Part shown: positions 59,122 through 64,000 of the stretch, piece after piece
How the letters are laid out: each line of letters opens with the position of its first letter
How positions within the stretch are numbered: the stretch's first letter is position 1
Program-made: the position numbers and the translations under genes
Origin: Gammaproteobacteria bacterium
GTDB taxonomy: Bacteria > Pseudomonadota > Gammaproteobacteria > CAJXQU01
DNA length: 64,000 nucleotides
Assembly (NCBI GenBank): GCA_965238175.1
Contig: CBDEGZ010000003.1
Location: 768,001 to 832,000, forward strand
Reading direction: 5' to 3'
The notes under the pieces: model-generated
What the model saw: the letters and a program-made list of their open reading frames with translations, nothing else
The model's database searches: none
What the model was told of the DNA's origin: nothing

Positions 59122-60828
59122 CTAGCCTATGCGCTCGGTAAGATCGATCACGCGTGAAATTTCATCCAGGCTGGTTGAGCCTTCCAGGATTTTTCTGATC
59201 CCCATGTCCGCAAGGGTCTTAAACTCTTTTGCTTCTGCCGCTTCGTGTAGTTCTTTTAACGTTGCATTTGCAGCAATCAGCTCATCAATTTCTTGATCAA
59301 ACTTGAGAATTTCCATGATTGCTAAGCGGCCGGTGTAACCATGATGGTCACACTCATCACAGCCTTTTGCACGATAAATTTTGATTGGTTTAGTACCGGT
59401 TTTTATACCAAGCAGGCGACGCTCAATTTCTAAAGGCTCATAAGATTCTTTGCAATGCTCGCAAAGCTGTCGTACTAATCGTTGAGCCATTACACCGATA
59501 ATATTGCCGGCCATAATCTCTGGGCGTATGCCGATATCTATCAAACGTGGAATGGCGCCCATGGAGGAGTTCGTATGCAGTGTGGTAAAAACCTGATGGC
59601 CTGTCATGGCAGCGCGAAAAGCCATGCTGGCGGTGTCTTCATCACGAACCTCACCGACCAAGATGATATCTGGATCTTGGCGTAGAATTGATCTGATACC
59701 GCTAGCGAAATCGAGTCGTACTGCTTCATTAACTGACGTTTGTCGGATCATACTCAATGGATATTCCACCGGATCTTCCAACGTCATAATATTTACAGAT
59801 TCGGTATTTAGATGCGAGAGCAAAGAGTAAAGCGTTGTTGTTTTACCACTGCCGGTTGGGCCAGTGACTAAGACAATCCCATTTGGTCGGGCAACCATGA
59901 TTTTGAGTAGATCTAAAACATCTTCGTCTAGGCCGAGATCTTCGAGTTTAACAAGGCCTTTTAAGCGATCAAGAATACGCAGGACAATGTTTTCGCCATG
60001 AACGGTTGGGATAGTAGAAACACGAAAATCGATCGGACGACCTGAAAAAGTAAGTGTGATCCGGCCATCTTGCGGTTTACGCGTTTCTGCAATGTCGAGT
60101 CCCGCCATTACCTTTAAGCGAACTGCAATCGCTGACCAATAGTTTTTATGTAAACTACGGACTTGGCGTAATACACCATCAACTCGAAAACGAAAACGTA
60201 GGAAACCTTCTTCGGGTTCAAAGTGTATATCTGAGGCATTGCGTTTTACTGCATCGGATAATAATGCGTTGACTAAACGCACGACAGGTTGGCTATACTC
60301 GTCGGTATCACCTTCGAGACTGTCATAATCAATCTCGCCCGTTTCAATCTCTTTAAGAATGCCATCTACGGATAATTCAAATCCATAGAATTGATCAATG
60401 GCTTTCTGGATTTCTGCTTCACCAGCGAGTGAAACGTCTATCTCTACATCGCCACCCATCAATGCGTTTATTTGATCAATTGCGACAACATTGAATATAT
60501 CAGCCATCGCAATACTCAGATGGTTTCGATTTTTGTCGTAGGTCAGTGGAAGCAATTTGTAACGACGAGCAAGCTCTTTGGGAATTCTTTTTATTGCTTC
60601 GCTATCGGGTACAACATTGGATAAATCGGTACTTTGTTGTCCGAGAGCACCACCTAAGACATCTCGAATAATTGCCTCTGTCGCAAATCCTAAACGTACA
60701 AGAATTCTACCCAGATGTTCATTGTGCTTTTTCTGTTCAATCAGCGCGATGCGGAGTTGATCATTACTGATCACACCATTTTCAATCAGTATTTCGCCGA
60801 TGCGGAGGGAATTATTCTGTGAATTCAT
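59122..60828 (-). CDS. Extension ATPase (GspE/PilB/MshE family) with MshEN domain
   Basis: RIGEILIENGVISNDQL..AL..Q....HLGRILVRLG; GPTGSGKTT; LRQDPD; GHQVFTTLH; tetracysteine motif. Confidence 0.95.
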   Translation of the reverse strand: MNSQNNSLRIGEILIENGVISNDQLRIALIEQKKHNEHLGRILVRLGFATEAIIRDVLGGALGQQSTDLSNVVPDSEAIKRIPKELARRYKLLPLTYDKNRNHLSIAMADIFNVVAIDQINALMGGDVEIDVSLAGEAEIQKAIDQFYGFELSVDGILKEIETGEIDYDSLEGDTDEYSQPVVRLVNALLSDAVKRNASDIHFEPEEGFLRFRFRVDGVLRQVRSLHKNYWSAIAVRLKVMAGLDIAETRKPQDGRITLTFSGRPIDFRVSTIPTVHGENIVLRILDRLKGLVKLEDLGLDEDVLDLLKIMVARPNGIVLVTGPTGSGKTTTLYSLLSHLNTESVNIMTLEDPVEYPLSMIRQTSVNEAVRLDFASGIRSILRQDPDIILVGEVRDEDTASMAFRAAMTGHQVFTTLHTNSSMGAIPRLIDIGIRPEIMAGNIIGVMAQRLVRQLCEHCKESYEPLEIERRLLGIKTGTKPIKIYRAKGCDECDHHGYTGRLAIMEILKFDQEIDELIAANATLKELHEAAEAKEFKTLADMGIRKILEGSTSLDEISRVIDLTERIG

Positions 60829-60863
60829 ACCTGAATTTATCAGCGTCTAAATAGGTCAGACGG

Positions 60864-62759
60864 TTAATTATTAACAATGCCGGAAAGTTTCTGGATCCGC
60901 GCGAGCACTTGAGAAGTGTTGAAGCTAACGGGAGCTTGCTGGGCCAGTTTTAATGCCGATCTATAGTAGCCTAACGCAGCCTTTGGTTGACTCATTTGGT
61001 CAAGACTTACAGCAAGATTATAAGCGTAATCGGCATTTTTTTGATCGGTATTAAAAGCCTCAAAAAAAGATTGCTGTGCTTCAGGCCAACGGGCTTGTTT
61101 TGCATAAAAACTGCCCAAGCTAAAATGTACTTGTGGAGAGTCCGGATTTTGGTCTAGTGACAATTTCAGCTGACTTTCGTTTACATTCCCTCCAGCGTTT
61201 CCTTGAAGATTAAACAACGCCGCTTTTACGATTTGATCCTGCGGGTTTTGTTGTAATAAATGTTGATAGTGGTGATAAGCAGTTTCGTAATTACCTTCCA
61301 TGACAGCAATGGCTGCGACACCAAGTAGCGCATCGCGATTATCTGGTCGACGGCTTAAAACTTTTCGATAGGCTGTTTTTGCATTCAAATAATCTCCAGA
61401 TAGATAGGCGCGGTATGCGGTGGTGAGATCTGAATTACTTGTTCGACGAATTTGACCCTTGGTGATTTTGATCGCACTTTTCGGTAGGGTTAGGCCTTCC
61501 GCAAAATCTTCGGCCGACATAACCTCGATAGGTTGATTACTGATAGTTGTTTGATTTTCTAGTGTGAACTCACTTTCAAGAAAATCGCCTGTTGAAGCTG
61601 TTTTTGTTAATTGATCAGAGCGAACGAAAATTCTTTCGGTTTTTGACGTTTTATCTGGAACAGATTTTCCGAATTGAGAGCCCATTTCGGAAAAATCCAC
61701 AACTTCATGGTCTGTTAGTGCGTAACTTGGAAGACCTTTTTTTTGTATTGACAGAGCTTCAGTAGCAGGAATTGAACGTATAACCACAGGTTCAGGAGTT
61801 ATAAAAACAGTTTCTGTTACAACCGGAGCTTTCTGGTTACTTGGAACATTTTCAAATGTTTGCTGGGTTTTCTCAGTTTGTTCAGAAACTGATGGTGCAA
61901 TCTCTTTAACCACCGCTGTAAGAATTGGATCTTCAAGTTCTACCGGGGTTGTGTCTGGTTCAAAAGGGGGCGCTATTGTTGTCACGGTATCTACATCAAC
62001 TTCAACTGTTTGCGGTTGTTCGTCGGGTGAGTCAACCATCGTTGCAACAGTTGGTAATGCCGTTGGTACATTGATCGTGCTTGGTGTTATGTAGGAATAG
62101 TAAAGTGCCACAGCGCCTAAACCCAATGCTAAAAAGAGCGTTCCTAAAAGAGCGTATTTGGCTAGACCTGTAGAGGCTTTTCTTGAATTACCCGCAGTGA
62201 AAATGGTATGTGCGGTAACATGGGTCGCAGACAGATTCAACGGTGAGGTGCTGGTGACGGAATGTTCTGTAACATCAGGCGCAATGGCAGCATCTATCGC
62301 GCTTTCATCCATCGTAATGGACTGGGACGCCTCGAAATAATCTTTCAATGATGTTTGGATTGCCCTTTCCGAAGGTAAGGTAGCATCGTGATCAAAATCT
62401 GATCTTTGTGAACCTGAATCCGTTTGTAAGGTGAGGTCATCATAAGTTGAACTCACGGCTTTTTCTGGCAGATCTATTATTACTTCTTTTATGGTGGTGT
62501 CATCTAACTCAGGGGCTTGATCGCGGATAGATGTAGTTTCAGGAGATGTGTTTTGTGATTTTGGTTCAAGTTCTAATTCACTCGTTTCAAACGCCCAATT
62601 TTCATCTTGATCCGAAACTGATTTGATCGGTGTATGTTTTTTTTCTAAAGGATCCGTAATCTCTTGCTCGAGTGAAGCTGATTTGTCTTCTGGGTTATTC
62701 TCAGCCGCACGCTGTTTTTCCCTTTCAGCTTTTTTAAGCGCATCCATTAACAAGCTCAT
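60864..62759 (-). CDS. MshN-like TM/TPR protein with GspB-like N-terminus
   Basis: MSLLMDALKKAE, long acidic linker, one TM, C-terminal TPRs (YAYNLAVSLD). Confidence 0.75.
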   Translation of the reverse strand: MSLLMDALKKAEREKQRAAENNPEDKSASLEQEITDPLEKKHTPIKSVSDQDENWAFETSELELEPKSQNTSPETTSIRDQAPELDDTTIKEVIIDLPEKAVSSTYDDLTLQTDSGSQRSDFDHDATLPSERAIQTSLKDYFEASQSITMDESAIDAAIAPDVTEHSVTSTSPLNLSATHVTAHTIFTAGNSRKASTGLAKYALLGTLFLALGLGAVALYYSYITPSTINVPTALPTVATMVDSPDEQPQTVEVDVDTVTTIAPPFEPDTTPVELEDPILTAVVKEIAPSVSEQTEKTQQTFENVPSNQKAPVVTETVFITPEPVVIRSIPATEALSIQKKGLPSYALTDHEVVDFSEMGSQFGKSVPDKTSKTERIFVRSDQLTKTASTGDFLESEFTLENQTTISNQPIEVMSAEDFAEGLTLPKSAIKITKGQIRRTSNSDLTTAYRAYLSGDYLNAKTAYRKVLSRRPDNRDALLGVAAIAVMEGNYETAYHHYQHLLQQNPQDQIVKAALFNLQGNAGGNVNESQLKLSLDQNPDSPQVHFSLGSFYAKQARWPEAQQSFFEAFNTDQKNADYAYNLAVSLDQMSQPKAALGYYRSALKLAQQAPVSFNTSQVLARIQKLSGIVNN

Positions 62760-62771
62760 ACCATAAGCTCC

Positions 62772-64000
62772 TTACTTAGGTACCGGCAGAGGAGTCGACA
62801 CACTATCGTGTAAAAAACGTCGATAAGGTGATAAGTCACCTGTCAGGCTGGCATTGTGTATGACGACAGGGCGTAAGAAAATGATCAATTCGGTTTTGGT
62901 ATTTTGGAAATCTCTTTGTTTGAATGCATTACCTACACCGGGTATATCTTCGAGGCCTGGTACACCATTAGTGCTGCGATCATAGTTATCGGTCATCAAG
63001 CCACCTAAAATTGCAACTTGGCCGCTGTTAACTTTTAGGATGGATTCCATCTCTCGAACAGCAATAACAGGGATTAGACTTACAATATTTGGAAAGTCTG
63101 CATTCGTAGATTGAGCCGCAATCAATCTAGGAGCAGGATCAGGTACTCTATCGATAACCCTTGAAATTGTTGGCCTGACATTGAGAGTAACTGCTTGGTT
63201 CTCATTAATCTGAGGTGTTACCGCCATGACTAGACCAACAGGAACCGTGTGTACTTCAGATTCTATCGATTGGAGATTGTTTCCTGCACTAGTACCACTT
63301 GCCTGACTTATTTGTGAGTCGATTGTGAAGTAGACTTGATTTTCAACCACCTTAAGAACAGCTGTTTGGTTATTCAGGGTCATCAGCTTAGGGCTAGAAA
63401 GTACCTTTGCATCACCGAATGTATTAAGTAATTGTATGGTTGCTCTAAAATCGGCGGGCTGAAGAGTAGTGGTAGTAACACCGTTGGTTGTCGTAGTAGA
63501 GACGGTATTGTTAGTCTGAATTCTTCCTTGAAAAATTCCATTCGCTGAATCGAAGTTGTTGGTAAGGGTTTGTCCAATTTCTATGAGACTATTGCCACCA
63601 ATCAAGGCGCTCCAGTCGACCCCTGCCTGAAAACGATCACTTAGTGTTACTTCAACAATGGTCGCTTCTATTAGTACCTGGCGTTGAGCATTCTGAAGAA
63701 CTTGATCAATGAATGTCTGGATATCTAAATGTTGTAGCGATGTTGCCTTAACGTTAATCACACCACTTTCAGCATTAACGATAACGGATTCAGATCCAAG
63801 TTGACCAGAACCTGATGAGCCTGAATTATTCTCTCCTAGTATCCCTGAAATATTGCTGGCTAATGTTTCCCAGAAATGATGTGTTGATGTACTTTTAACT
63901 GCCGTTGTAGAATTATTTTCACCACTGGAACCGCCGCCAGTTGATGTCACATCTACCGTACCTGTGTTCGCAATTTGAGTTGAAATACTGACTTCACCAT
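62772..64000 (-). CDS. Secretin (MshL-like); 5' part lies beyond the window
   Basis: FWETL, QVLIEATIVEV.LSD.FQAGVDW, VLSSPKLMTLNNQTA, LGGLM, KTELIIFLRP. Confidence 0.93.
   Translation of the reverse strand, partial: GEVSISTQIANTGTVDVTSTGGGSSGENNSTTAVKSTSTHHFWETLASNISGILGENNSGSSGSGQLGSESVIVNAESGVINVKATSLQHLDIQTFIDQVLQNAQRQVLIEATIVEVTLSDRFQAGVDWSALIGGNSLIEIGQTLTNNFDSANGIFQGRIQTNNTVSTTTTNGVTTTTLQPADFRATIQLLNTFGDAKVLSSPKLMTLNNQTAVLKVVENQVYFTIDSQISQASGTSAGNNLQSIESEVHTVPVGLVMAVTPQINENQAVTLNVRPTISRVIDRVPDPAPRLIAAQSTNADFPNIVSLIPVIAVREMESILKVNSGQVAILGGLMTDNYDRSTNGVPGLEDIPGVGNAFKQRDFQNTKTELIIFLRPVVIHNASLTGDLSPYRRFLHDSVSTPLPVPK

Overview
AT-rich (roughly 40% GC by eye) gammaproteobacterial chromosomal segment. 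The organism is probably a sulfide oxidiser, since it carries flavocytochrome c fccAB. Most of the window is core genes: rapZ-hprK-ptsN-hpf-rpoN-lptBAC-kdsCD-yrbG, amgK-murU, sthA, xthA, ilvA/rpiA, fxsA/cutA-dsbD-tlpA, aroQ-accBC-prmA-dusB-fis-purHD, hisBH, hemF, tatD-dtd-typA. Accessory loci lie between them: (1) an MSHA-like type IV filament cluster at the right end, with a candidate orphan major pilin about 41 kb away that has a sigma54/IHF promoter; (2) an OhrR-type peroxide sensor divergent from a cytochrome P460-superfamily haem protein that appears to have Met at the cross-link position, with a perfect 26-bp palindrome between them; (3) a CHASE kinase / secreted SRPBCC / NarL-regulator module; (4) a TPR-GT41 protein with degenerate catalytic motifs; (5) a ZrgA-like plus HupE metal-uptake pair; (6) a VPLPA-CTERM zinc-peptidase-like protein. 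There are also several small non-autonomous inverted-repeat elements, two pseudogene remnants and an uncalled 48-aa ORF with its own terminator. I saw no rRNA, tRNA, CRISPR array or transposase. All product calls come from reading motifs by eye; no database searches were run.
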